From assembly GCA_030390025.1 (NCBI GenBank), contig CM059432.1, positions 96,350,001-96,414,000 on the forward strand: a DNA stretch of 64,000 nt. The letters run 5' to 3'. Source of the stretch: Squalus acanthias (lineage: Eukaryota). Of this stretch, positions 21,511-33,759 are shown in pieces. A model generated the notes under the pieces. That model was not told the DNA's origin and ran no database searches. It worked only from the letters and a program-made list of their open reading frames with translations. Every line of letters begins with the position of its first letter. The first letter of the stretch is position 1. The translations under genes were made by a program, and so were the position numbers.

Positions 21511-22470
21511 AGGAGCAAAAAGTATAGAGTGGTGATATTGGGGGACTTTAATTACCCAAATATCGATTGGGATAATGCTAGGGTAAAGGGAAAGGAGGGG
21601 AAGGAATTTCTGAAATGTGTTTAGGAAAATTTCCTTGACCAGTATGTTCTTGTCCCAACTAGGAAGGAGACATTGCTGGATCTGGTGCTAGGGAATGAGG
21701 TGGGCCAGCTCGACCAAGTGTCTGTGGGAGAACACTTGGGTACGAGTGATCACCGTATCATAAGATTTAGATTAGCAATGGAGAGGAGCAAGGAACAATC
21801 TAGAGTGGAACTTCTAAACTGGAATAGGGCTAACTTCAATGGGATGTGAAAGGATCTAGCTAGGGTAAAATGGAACCAAAGACTGACAGGAAAATCTGTA
21901 ATGGAACAATGGGTGATCTTTAAAGAGGAGATGTTCCAAGTACAGGCTAGGTACATTCCAACAAGAGGGAAGGGTAAGGAAACCAAAGTAAGGGCTCCTT
22001 GGATGACGAGGGAGATAGAGAAGATGATGAAACAAAAAAAGAGGGTGTATGATGCATGTCAGGTGAATTCTTCAAGGGAGAACCAGACCAACTACAATAA
22101 GTTGAGGGGGGAAGTGAAGATGAAAATAAGATTGGCAAAGAGAGAATATGAGAGTAGAATGGTGGTTAACATAAAAGGGAACCCAAAAATCTTCTACCAG
22201 CATGTAAATAGTAAGCAGGTAGTAAGAGGTGGAGTGGGGCCTATTAGGGACAAAGAAGGTGATATATGCTTAGAGGCGCAGGGCAAGGCTAGAATACTCA
22301 ATAAGTACTTTTGTATCGGTGTTTACTAAGGAGGTGGATGCTGACAAAATAGCGGTAGAAGTGGAAAAGGTAGAAGCAATGGAAGGGGTGATAAGGCTGG
22401 GTATGCTTAGAGTGGATAAGTCGCCTGGTCCAGATGGCTTGCATCCCAGGTTGCTAAGGGAATTGGGGGA

Positions 22471-24216
22471 TGTAAGGGGTTCGGTCGTAGGTGCTTGTGC
22501 GGGGTTAGGCCTTCGTTGCCTAATACTATTGCTTGCTCTGGTCTCCGGCCAGCCTTGTTGCAATAAGCACCTGTGAGTGGTTCGACCCACTCGCCCTTAC
22601 AGTTCTAACACTGGACTTAGGTGCGAGAGCAGTAATGCAGAGAAAACTCAAATAGACCCGGTTGAATAGTACGAAATGGAAATCTTTATTGCATAGCGTC
22701 CAAAATCATGAAGTACATGTCATAGGCACAAATTAATGACAGTACAAGTATACATACATTCATAAAACTTGGTCTAGGGTAATGAGGAACGCACGGCACA
22801 TCGTAAAAAGGGGAACACATTATATTTATCCTTAATAAAACTACCCTCCCCTATCAATACCTACACTAATCTAGATTTGTAGGATCGGCAAACATGCTCA
22901 CCACTCGTGATACTTCGAAGAATTTTAAAGTAAGGCACTCGGCTCGTTTCGCTGCAGTTCTTTCTTGTATTTTTGGGCGCGGTCGGGGTTTACTGACCGT
23001 GGCGGTACGTGGATTCTTCTCCTCTTCTTCTCCTCTTCGTCTCGTCTCGTCTCGTAGTCAACAGAGTCCAGAGAAAAACAGAAGGCTGCTCGTCCAGCAG
23101 AGCGATACCCGAGGATCAGAATAGGAGAATAAAAGTTCAGCAGTCATCAGCGAGATAAAACAGTCAAGAGTTGAGCCCGAGTCAAGAGTCAGCAGAGATA
23201 TGAGTCGAATCCAGAGAATAAGCCTTTGATGGACATTTGTTCACTATAGTTATAGTGCTGTGTTCCCTTATCTCCCGCTCAAATCTTGATGTTTGTCCTT
23301 TGTGTACTACTGGTGCACAAAACTCCCAGCATGGGGCGATTCTTTCCTTTAATGGGTTTCGGTAGCATCTTAAACTGGCCAACTATCCATTAATGTTTTA
23401 CCCATTGTCGAACCGGCTAGGAGCCTCCCTGACTGGTTTTGGGGCCTCCTCGAATACTGACTTAATCACCCGAGAATGGCTCTCTCATTGTAGAGCCGTG
23501 GGGAATTTGCGTATTGATGTATCTGGATGGGCCTTCGATTGCCCAGTACAATGGTCCTTACTTGTGCATGGAAAACGATTCCAGCACTTATCTCTTGCTA
23601 TTGTGTCGAATGCAGACAGGTTGCATTCTGTCTTTATCAGTGTTTGCTGCGTATTAACCAATCTTATACTGAAATGTTTATTCGAACGCCATCTTGTCTG
23701 CCCACTGAAAATTCTGGAAGCTTCTGCCACGAGGCGTGGCGGCCATTTTACAGGCTTCTGTGTCCTGTTTAATCATGATGTGGAGATGCCGGCGTTGGAC
23801 TGGGGTGGACAAAAATGAGAAGTCGCACAACACCAGGTTATAGTCCAACAGATTTATTTAAAATTACAAGCTTTCGGAGCTGTCGCCCCTTCCTCAGGTA
23901 GAGTAGCTGTGAGAGAATCTCCCAGAATTCACAATATAAACACAGAAAAAATGTATTCAAATCTTTCCCTACATCAAAGACACACTAAGAGCACAGCCAA
24001 GACAATGAGATGTGTCCCAGGGGGTCCAACGTGTCAAAACACCTGCTGGCTGCATATCCTCTGCAGTTGAGTTTGGTTCTTGTGTTAGTTTTTTTTTTAA
24101 AAGCTGGAAAGACCGGCCATGATGTCAAGTCACGTCAGCATTTCGTTGAAATAAAACTGATGAAACGAATCTGCTTTATCTCGTTATTTCGAATCGCGAT
24201 AATTGCGAATTTTACA
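22471..24216 (-). mobile_element. Long solo LTR inserted in CR1 ORF2
   Basis: TGTAA...TTACA ends; 4-bp TSD GGGA (22467-22470, 24217-24220) restores CR1 LRELG-EEIAEAL; minus-strand AATAAA at 22685-22690; homologous to 59244-63974. Confidence 0.9.
23775..23900 (-). mobile_element. Penelope-B pLTR end with hammerhead (23865-23900) inside the solo LTR
   Basis: Minus strand: tac CTGAGGA a ggggc gaca gctcc GAAA GC TT gta...ccccagtccaacgccggcatctccacatca. Absent from the second LTR copy. Confidence 0.8.
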
Positions 24217-25728
24217 GGGAGGAGATAGCGGAAGCGCTTGCCATAATTTTCCAATCTTCCCTAGATGCGGGGGAGGTGCCCGAGGATTGGAAAGTGGCAA
24301 ATGTGACACCATTGTTCAAAATAGTCTGTAAGGACAATCCTAGTAACTACAAGCCGGTCAGTTTAACATCAGTGGTGGGTAAACAATAATCAAGGAAAAA
24401 CTTAATGGGTACTTGGAGAGGTTTAAGCTAATTAAGGAGAGCCAACACGGATTTGTAAAAGGCAGATCGTGTTTAACTAATCTAATTGAATTTTTTGATG
24501 AAGTAACAGGGAGGATTGATGAAGGGAATGCAATGGATGTTGCCTACATGGATTTTCGGAAGGCGTTTGACAAAGTACCACATAGAAGGTTGGTTAACAA
24601 AATTGAGTCTCATGGAATAGGTGGGTCAGTGGCAGCTTGGATAAGGAATTTACTTAATGATAGAAAACAGTGAGTTGTGGTAGATGGCTGTTTTTCAGAC
24701 TGGAGGATAGTAGACAGTGGTGTTCCCCAAGGGTCAGTGCTGGGGCCACTGCTTTTTGTGATATATATATATATATATATGACCTGGATATTGGAATACA
24801 GAGTAGAATTTTTAAATTTGCCGTTGACACCAAACTTGGGGGTATGGCAAACAGTGAAGATGATACCAATCGACTGCAATAGGACATAGAAAGGCTAGCA
24901 GAATGGGCAGACAAGTGGCAGATGGAATTTAATACAGAGGAGTGTGAAGTGATGCATTTTGGCAGAAGGAACAGGGAGAGGCAATATACGCTTAATGGCA
25001 CAGTTTTAAAGAGTGTGCAGGGACAGAGGGACCTGGGAGTTAATGTGCATAGGTCCCTGAAGGTGGCGGGACATATTGAGAGAGTGGTTAGCAAAGCATA
25101 TGGGATCTTGGGCTTCATAAATAGAGGTATTGAGTACAAAAGTAGAGAAGTTAAGCTGAACCTTTATAAAGCGCTGGTTAGGCCACAACTGGAGTATTGT
25201 GTCCAGTTCTGGTCACCACACTTTAGGAAGGATGTGAAGGCCCTTGAGAGGATGCAGAGGAGATTTACCAGAATGGTTCCAGGGATGGGGGATCTTAGCT
25301 ACAAGGACAGGTTGGAGAAGCTAGATTTGTTTTCATTAGTGCAAAGGAGGTTGAGAGGTGATTTGATAGAGGTGTACAAGATTATGACGGGTTTGGATAG
25401 GCTAGATGTGGAAAGGCTGTTCCCACTAGTTGATGGTACAAGGACTAGGGGACACAGATTTAAGGTTTTGGGCAAGAGATACAGGGGGGACGTGAGAAAA
25501 AACTAATTTACGCAGCGAGTGGTGATGACCTGGAACTCGCTGCTGACGGAAGTGGTGGAAGCGGAGACACTCAATGTTTTCAAGGGGAGACTGGATAGGC
25601 ACTTGAGGGAAATAAACTTGCAGGGCTACGGGGATAGAGCGGGGGAATGGGACTGGCTGGATCGCTCCACAGAGAGCCGGCGCGGACTCGATGGGCTGAA
25701 TGGCCTCCTCCTGTGCCGTTATGACTAT

Positions 25729-26356
25729 GGGAGCAAATTACGTCGCGCCCCGAAAAAGTTAGCGCTCCCATGCCCAAAATTCACTGGTAGCACCCCAAGA
25801 GGGAGGCGGGGCACTACTGGAAGTGCCCCGCCTCCCTCTGTGGGTGCTGCGAGTGAATATCGCGGCGCTACGTGCTGCAGCGCCATGCACCACGGCCTGT
25901 TGCGCCGCGGTACTGCAGACCTTCCTCCCCTTATTAAAGGGGAGGGGCCTAGCGCAGCGCAACCCGGGGCCCAATGGGCCACCAGGGATCGGCGTGCCGG
26001 GCTCACGGAGCGCAGCCGGCACGCCGTGGGGAAGCTTCACAGGAGGCCGGTGATGGCAATGGGGGCAGGTACTGGCAGGCGGCCAGCAACAAAAATGGCC
26101 GCCCAGCACCTCCCCTTTAATTTGTGCTGCCCCGGCCGTACGTACACCCCCCTGACACTGTTGGACATAGCGTCCGGCGTTAATTCAGGGGGCGCTATCA
26201 AAGATTATCGCCGGAGGCACAGTGCCGCAGGGCGCTAATGGTTATTGCCGCTGCTAACCTCCCACTGAATTTCACTGGAGGCGTTAGCGGCGCCACGCCC
26301 GGGCACTAGTTGCTTTGCGCCCCGCATTAGGCGCAAATCAAGCAAATTTTTCCCCC
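25729..26356. mobile_element. GC-rich Harbinger-type MITE inserted in the CR1 tail repeat
   Basis: GGGAGCAAATT / AATTTTTCCCCC ends; TSD TAT; same family as 1-136. Confidence 0.8.
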
Positions 26357-26829
26357 TATGACTCTATGACTCAGTAAAACCTAGCAGGGAAGAGGAAGAG
26401 GCTCTTGCAGGTAAGTCAAAAACATTCCTTAGTGGGGCCGGGAGGAGCACTCCTGCTCCTTCAGGCCCCACAAAAATGTCTGGGCCTTTGCTGCCCTTCG
26501 TACACCAGCTTTCCACCTATGAAACAGCCCCTATCTCCCCTGACTTACCTTGGTGCTGGTGGGAAGCCTCTGGACCCTGCGATTTTGATCTACCCAATGC
26601 TGGCCAGCTCCCTCTTTCACCCGTTTCCTTGGGCAGATGCCCGTTCGGGTGGGAATGATGCCCGGGAGTTAAACTGATAATTTTGGGTGGGATTGGTACT
26701 CGCCCCAGCCCTACTGCCCACTCACAACCCACTGCTGGTAAACATACTCCCTTTAGGGTTAGATTTAGACTGAGATGTTCAAATATTCCATGCAACACGA
26801 TGATCCTTTGTTACTGTAGAGAGGGGGGT

Positions 26830-28750
26830 TGCTGTTTCCAGATCAGGAATGCCTTGCGCTTGCGGCTTATTAGCTCCTGGATCTCCTGGTCGTTCTCGTC
26901 GAACCAGTCTTGGTGTTTCCTGGTCGAGTGATCGAGCGTCTCTTCACAGGTGCTGATTATGGAGGCCTTGAGTGCAGACCAGGCGCTGTGGACACTCTGT
27001 GTCTCTGCATCACTGGGAGTCGTCAGGTTGGTTGTGAGGCGCAGGCTGAATAGGGCTTTCTTAGCGGGGTCTTTGATTGCTCCAGCGTTAATTTTCCTGC
27101 GGCATTGTTTCTGTTGCTGCCGCTGTTTTGGGGCTACATTGATGGAGATGACAGAGCGGATTAGGCGGTGGTCTGTCCAGCAGTCATCAGCTCCTGTCAT
27201 GGCGCGGGTGATGCGGACGTCCTTGCGGTCCCTCGCTCGGACGATGACATAGTCCAGCAGATGCCAGTGCTTGGAGCGAGGGTGCTGCCATGAAGCCTTG
27301 TACTTGTCTCTCTGACGGAACAAGGTGTTGGTTATGACAAGGCCATGTTCTAAGCATTTCGACAGGAGGAGGGTACCGTTGGAGTTGGCTTTCCCTACCC
27401 CCTTTCTGCCGATCACACTTCCCCAGAGGTCAGTGTCCTTTCCAACTCTGGCGTTAAAGTCTCCAAGGAGGATCAGCTTGTCGCCCGTTGGGACTCGGGA
27501 CAGGGATTGTTCGATCCTGACCAACGGTTCCACCGCAGACCCAATTCACGTACGAATCGGGGTCAAGCAAGGCTGTGTCATCGCACCAACGCTCTTCTCG
27601 ATCTTCCTTGCTGCAATGCTCCATCTCACCCTCAGTAAGCTCCCCGCTGGAGTGGAGCTAATTTACAGAACAAACGGGAAACTGTTCAATCTTCGTCGCC
27701 TCCAGTCCAGATCCAAGGTCGTCCCATCATCTGTCGTCGAATTACAGTATGCAGACGACGCTTGCGTCTGCGCTCACTCGGAGGTCGAACTCCAAACCAT
27801 TGTCAACACCTTCACCGAAGTGTACGAGAGCATAGGCCTTACACTAAACATCCATAAGACAAAGGTCCTCTACCAACCTGCCCCCGCCACACAGTACTGC
27901 CCCCCGATTATCAAAATCCACGACAAGGCCTTGGACAACGTGGACCACTTTCCATACCTCGGGAGCCTACTGTCAACAAGGGCAGACATCGACGACGAAG
28001 TCCAACACCGCCTTCAGTGTGCGAGTGCAGCCTTCGGTCGCCTGAGGAAGAGAGTGTTTGAAGACCAGGACCTCAAACCAGGCACTAAGCTCATGGTCTA
28101 CAGAGCAGCAGTGATACCCGCCCTGCTGTATGCCTCAGAGACATGGACCATGTACAGCAGGCACCTCAAAGCACTGGAGAGGTACCACCAACGCTGCCTC
28201 CACAAGATCCTGCAAATCCATTGGCAGGATAGGCACACCAACGTCAGTGTTCTTGCTCAGGCCAACATCCCCAGCATTGAAGCTTTGACCACGCTCGATC
28301 AGCTCCGATGGATGGGTCACATTGTCCGCATGCCCGATACGAGACTCCCAAAACAAGCGCTCTACTCGGAGCTCCGGCACGGCAAGAGAGCCCCAGGTGG
28401 GCAGAGGAAATGCTTCAAGGACACCCTCAAAGCCTCCTTGAAAAAGTGTAACATCCCCACTGACACCTGGGAATCCCTGGCCCAAGACCGCACAAAGTGG
28501 AGGAGAAGCATCCGGGAAGGCGCCGAACACCTCGAGTCTCTTCGCCGGGAGCAATCAGAAGCCAAGCGCAGGCAGGGCAAGGAGCGCACGTCAACCCAAG
28601 CACCCCACCCACCTGCCCCTTCAACCATCGTCTGCCCCACCTGTGACAGAGACTGTATGTCCCGCATTGAACTCATCAGTCACCTGCGAACGCATTTTAA
28701 ATGTGGAAGCAAGTCATCCTCGGTTCCGAGGGACTGCCTAAGACTAAGAG
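26830..28750 (+). mobile_element. RTE-clade LINE, 5'-truncated with an inverted 5' segment
   Basis: 26830-~27505 encodes APE on minus (LLGDFNA, HWHLLDY, WTDHRL). ~27510-28740 encodes the RT C-half on plus (GVKQGC, YADD, LLYASETW, CPTC...H). 12-bp TSD agagaggggggt at 26818-26829 and 28751-28762. Confidence 0.9.
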
Positions 28751-29097
28751 AGAGAGGGGGGTGGGGGCGGAGAGGCGGAAAGCAGCAGCCTAGCTTGAAT
28801 ATTGGCGATGTGGTAAATGGATAAAGATTCTGCAGTTGTACCTAATTACAAAATTGAGGAGTATTGGTGAAAATAACATATCAGCTTGAGGGAGAGAGAG
28901 TAGATATCACATTGCAAGCTAGTTTTACACTCTCCCTGAATTTATTTTCCTTTGAGGTCAATGGAAATGAAATTCGGGGGATTGTAAAATGAGCAGCTGG
29001 TGCATGACCACCCAAGATGAATTTCACCCACTTATGCACAGAAACTTGTAGAACCGAGCTGTAGATTGTATTAATTTTGTGAGAAAACAGCAACAAA

Positions 29098-29480
29098 GGC
29101 CCCGATATTTAGGGGGAGGCGGGGAGGGTGCGGGGAGCGTGGTAGCGTGGGGAAAACCTGGCAAGGCCGGGAACGCGGAGGTCCCGCCGCATCCGATTAG
29201 GTCCACGCTGTTCCTCCGCTCTCTGCTTTATGTCCCGCTGCCGCCGCCGACATCACCTCTGGGTGGGGCGTCAGCTTCCGTTAAAATCCCATCGGAGTCC
29301 TAATGGCATTATAGGATCCCGATTTGCATGTATAAATGAGGCTTCCGCCTGAATCAGGCAGGCGCCTCAGCAGCCTAAAAGAAGGACCCTGTTAAAATGG
29401 TGGCAGGCAGGAATCGAGTGGGAATAGGGCAGTAAGTCTTTGCACAGCTATTTTAACTGGGGTGGGCTAAAAATTCCCCT
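29098..29480. mobile_element. Probable Harbinger-type MITE
   Basis: ggccccgatatttag / ctaaaaattcccc-like ends and internal inverted motifs. Confidence 0.45.
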
Positions 29481-30789
29481 CTATAATTTTCACTTCTGTT
29501 CCAAACCAGGTGTATATTTTTAAAGAAGTTAAACAACACAGCCTCAGCTGCTTTTTATGAGAGTCTATTCCATGTATCCACTATTCTGTAGGGAAAAAGA
29601 TTCTACCAATCATTAGTCTCATTTGAGCATTGCTAATTTTAAATGTGTCCTCTAGTTCTGCCCTTATAGTTCAAGTACAGTAGATTACCTCCTAGTTTAA
29701 GCTTAGGAGCGAATGATGCCTAAAATTGACTTGCCGAACTATCATACATCAACCAGTTTGGATTATATTAGTATTTATATTATTAACCTCCCATCAGGAT
29801 TCGCACAAGCTGCAGAATTAACCCTTTCTTGCAAATTATCAAAGAAGTCAGACAGCAAAAACCTGAACTAACAATTGTTTATTAACCTTAGAATCATAGT
29901 TAGCAGGACATAAATTTAAACATTGAGGGGTTGCTATTAACTTGGGTGTGGGGGCTGAAGTGGACGGCGATCTCTCTGAGGCCTGGGAGATTTTAACTCT
30001 CAAGACTTATTTGAAATCTCGGAGACTGACCACTGCCTGAAGCTGACGGGAATGATGTCAACGCTGGCAGGCAGTAGTGGAAAGTTACGGAGAGTTGAGC
30101 TGCCGCGAGGGACCCATGGAAATGGGTGTTGACAAGTTAAGTAAGGAAGGAGGGGAATGATTGTGGTGGGTGGGGGAGGAGGGGAGGCCTGGGGCAGGGA
30201 AAGTCTAAGCTCTCCTTGCAGGGCCCAGAGGAGCTCCCATGCTCCTCCTGACTCACAAGAATTCCACATAAAAGTTATTTTCTCAAACATCCCTTGGCCT
30301 CTTATGGTAACTCCACTGACTCCCACCTTGGTTGAGGAGTTGGGGTTGGATCTGTGTGGCCCTCCCAAATTCAGTGGTTAAAATGTTGTTGCTGCGCTGA
30401 TGATATTGGACAGCGACTTTTGGATTTAAATTAGGCCCCCATCTGCCTACAGCAGGAGCCTCGGCCGACTTCAAAGTCGGCGAAGATAAGATGTTGCCGG
30501 GTGGGAACGGAGTGGCCTCAGGTCGGTAAGTGGACTTGGCCTGATCTTAACACCCCCAAACACTACTTCCCCCTGAGTATGCAAATAATTAGATACGGCT
30601 AATTGAAAAATAAATAACAGATGTTACAAAGGCAGTTCAGTTATGTTACAGCAAGTCAGCAATAACTGCTTGCTGATTGCAAATTTACAGTTGAGATCAG
30701 TGTCTGTGATTGACATAAATTGGTGAGATTAATTTAGGATTAAACTCCTTCGTATCTGAAAATCAGGAAGCCCTGGCCATCATTATTCT

Positions 30790-30956
30790 TATTTGAAATC
30801 ACAAGCTTTCGGAGCTTACTACTCCTTCGTCGGGTGAAGTGAGTAGTAAGCTCCGAAAGCTTGTGATTTCAAATAAAACTGTTGGACTATAACCTGGTGT
30901 TTGTGCGACCTCTCAATTTTGTCCACCCCAGTCCAACACCGGCATCTCCGCATCAT
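30790..30956. mobile_element. Miniature Penelope-B insertion made of inverted pLTR pieces
   Basis: 12-bp TSD catcattattct (30778-30789, 30957-30968). Part of 30791-30824 is the reverse complement of 30842-30874. Confidence 0.85.
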
Positions 30957-31349
30957 CATCATTATTCTGCCTGCTGCCTCAGAGAGATAATTACCACTCT
31001 CCACCACTGAAAACCCCACCTCCCTTAAGAGGTGCCAGCTGGTTTAAGAAGAAGCAGGCCAACTAGATTTCCCATCCTCCCAATCAGTAAACTGCCTATA
31101 GGCAGTGTAATTAGGGTTGGTACCTTTTGTGATTGGGCCTCATTTAAAAATTGATTGTGATTGTGCCAACATCATTGGGTGGGCGGAGCAGATAGCCAAC
31201 CCACCACCCGCCCAACCTGAGGCACAAACAAAAATCAGCCCTTCTGTATCTTCACTTAATAGCCTAACTATACAAGATTTCAAAAACAGCTGTACAAGCA
31301 ACCTTGCCCTTAATCAGTGTGATGTAGGAACGAAACATTTAATATCATG

Positions 31350-31690
31350 GTAGATGGATTAGCAAGTTAATGCATCACATGGTGCAAAACTGAGCCATAC
31401 AGACCAGGTAGTTCATTGGTTCAGTCTTTGATCGGTGATGAGTTAATTGATCTCATCACTGTTTCCGGGAGAAAGAGAGGCAAATCAGCCAGTATTCCTC
31501 CTCCAGTTTATCCATTGACCCCTGCTGGGAAGTAGACAGACTTGGCTGTGCTGTCCCCCTGTTTGAAAATCCTGCCAAAGTCAGTAGAATAGTCACTTAG
31601 AAAGTTATTGGAGTCTCCCAGTGCCCATGGAATTATATGCAGCCTGAGGCATCAACTTCAGGAGAAGTTAAGAGAAAAGGAGAGAACATT
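31350..31690 (+). mobile_element. Old degenerate tRNA-derived SINE-like repeat
   Basis: actgagccatacagaccagg...ggttcag B-box-like head and purine-rich tail; recognised from memory of shark SINEs only. Confidence 0.35.
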
Positions 31691-32802
31691 AGAGAAACAA
31701 TTTCATAGTTGTTTGACAACTTAAAGTTTCAGATCAATTTAAAATAAAGTTAATGTAATTTTTTATTTAATTTAATTGTTAAAATGTTTAATGTTCAATG
31801 TAACATAAAAGTTCTTCAAATCTGGAAAATTAAATGTACATAAGAAAAACAAATAAAAGGAATAAATTATCTTTTTATATGTGCACACACCATGAGATCT
31901 CAGATGAAATGGAATTCTTTATAGGGGTCAGCATGGAAAGGTTGTGAGTTCTTCCTCTTCATTTTGGGTACCAGATGAATGCCAAGACCTTTGTGATGTT
32001 GAAGGTGCTGACTGAGAGGGTGACAATAAGAGACAGATGGGCTTTTGTGAGGCTTAAAGATTAACAAGGTCTTCTTTGGAACACAAGACTGATGGCAAAA
32101 TCAAAAGTGGTTGGTACCAAAGCTCTTCATTTTTGTTTGTTATTTGTAAAAGCGAAAAGATCTTCTGCGATTATGACATTTGAAAACGTATATATCAAAT
32201 GCACCTTAATACTTTTTGAATTTAGTCAAAGGAGCAGGAGGTTTAAAGATCACAAACTAGGGAATAGGATGCTCAAAGGACTAGACATGATTTCTGACAT
32301 TTTGATTTGGACAGGATACTAAAATGTCACAGGAAAAGAACAGCATGCTGCTCCCGCGGACAATAGAATAAAGAAAGCACAAATCAAACCATTGTGACAT
32401 TTTAATGTTTATGTATATAAATTGCTGAATTAGTTACTAAATAATAAACATATCTCAGGAATGGACACTTATATAATTAATTTCTCTCATGATCAGCTCA
32501 CTTCTAATTTTTTTAACTCAAAAGTAGGCTGCAGGAACAAAGTCCTGAATCTTCACTTTTAAAATTGGTTATTGGTCATTGCAATATTAAAAGCTGCAAC
32601 AATTAAGAATGTCTACAGCTTATTAATGAAAAAGAGTATTTACATTTCAAATAATTAGCAACATTTTAAGTTATATTTGAAAATATAGTGCAGTGAAAAC
32701 TGAACAAACATCCTCTATTCTGAACAAGTATTTCATATTTACATGGGGTCTCCCTGCACACTGTTGAAAATAAAATGCTTAAAAAATGAACGATTGTGAT
32801 TT

Positions 32803-33090
32803 TGCTGGTGGGGGAGTCTAGGACAAGGGGACATAACCTTAAAATCAGAGCCAGGCCATTCAGGAGAGAAGTTAGGAAACACATCTTCATGCAAAGGGTG
32901 GTAGAAGTGTGGAACTCTCCCACAAAAGGCAGTAGATGCTTTTAAATCTGAGATCGATAGATTTTTGCTAATTAAGGAATATGGAGCCAAGGTGGGTGGA
33001 TGGAGTTAGGATACAGATCAGCCATGATCTCATTGAATGGTGGAACAGGCTCGAGGGGCTGAAGGCCTACTCCTGTTCCTATGTCCCTAA
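32803..33090 (+). mobile_element. CR1 3' fragment
   Basis: GESRTRGHNLKI..FRRE coding remnant and CR1 3' UTR (gatcagccatgatc...ggcctactcctg). Confidence 0.85.
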
Positions 33091-33759
33091 GTAAGTGTTG
33101 AATATACTTAGTGACAAATGCCCATTACATTTCATGACACATCTACATAATAAATCAGAAAATAAACCAACTTTTATTGCAAGACATTATTCATTTAGCA
33201 CTAACTTTGCTTGGTGCAGCTTCTAGTTGACTGAACCAAGGAATGATTTCCTATTATATCATTCCCTAACCTCAGCTGAAGAGGGCGAGTGCTCCAGCAT
33301 AAAAACATCCACTCTAGACATGTGAACATATAAGAACTTTATTGCTGAGTGTGAAATTCACATTTTATTCAATGCTGTATTAGGGTTAGATGTATTCGAG
33401 TGGGAGGAGGCTCATGTGGAGCATAAAGACCGGCATAGGCCAGTTGAACCGAATGTCTTGTTTCTATGCTGTAGTTTCTATGTAATTCTATCGCAGTAAA
33501 ACTGTAGGTCCGCTACCCGCTACTCAGGGAAATATCAAACTACTGGAGACGATGGCCCCGATTTTAATGGGGCAGGTGAATAGTAAAAATCGGGGGAATC
33601 CACTTTACTGCTCCCTTCCCATCAACTGACCAACAGCAATTTTCCATGTTCTGAAATGCACCTGCTGGTTTTAGGAAGCTGCCTAATGAATATATTTAAA
33701 TTGGGGTCCCATGACGCAATTTCAACTGGGTGGGACGGAAGTCCAATGGCCAAGCCTTG

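Larger units (their letters stand above)
19195..25728 (+). mobile_element. Near full-length CR1 LINE (degenerate) with nested LINE, solo LTR and tail MITE
   Basis: Tandem 5' UTR units at 19205-19340; ORF1 from 19521; ORF2 APE/RT motifs (KSPGPDGLHP, QHGFVKGRSCLTNL, DFRKAFD, GVPQGSVLGP, RPQLEYC); (tatgactc)n tail resumes at 26357. Confidence 0.9.

Noticed and set aside
22573..22601. tRNA gene suggested by GGTTCGA
   Set aside because: No canonical D arm or anticodon arm; reported as an LTR structure instead.
24761..24780. (AT)n and other microsatellites (7867-7891, 60046-60074)
   Set aside because: Ordinary slippage repeats inside mobile elements.
25519..26238. 239-aa ORF
   Set aside because: Read-through of the CR1 C-terminus into a GC-rich MITE.
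27325..28824. 499-aa ORF as a novel fusion protein
   Set aside because: The N-terminal ~60 aa are antisense of the inverted endonuclease segment.
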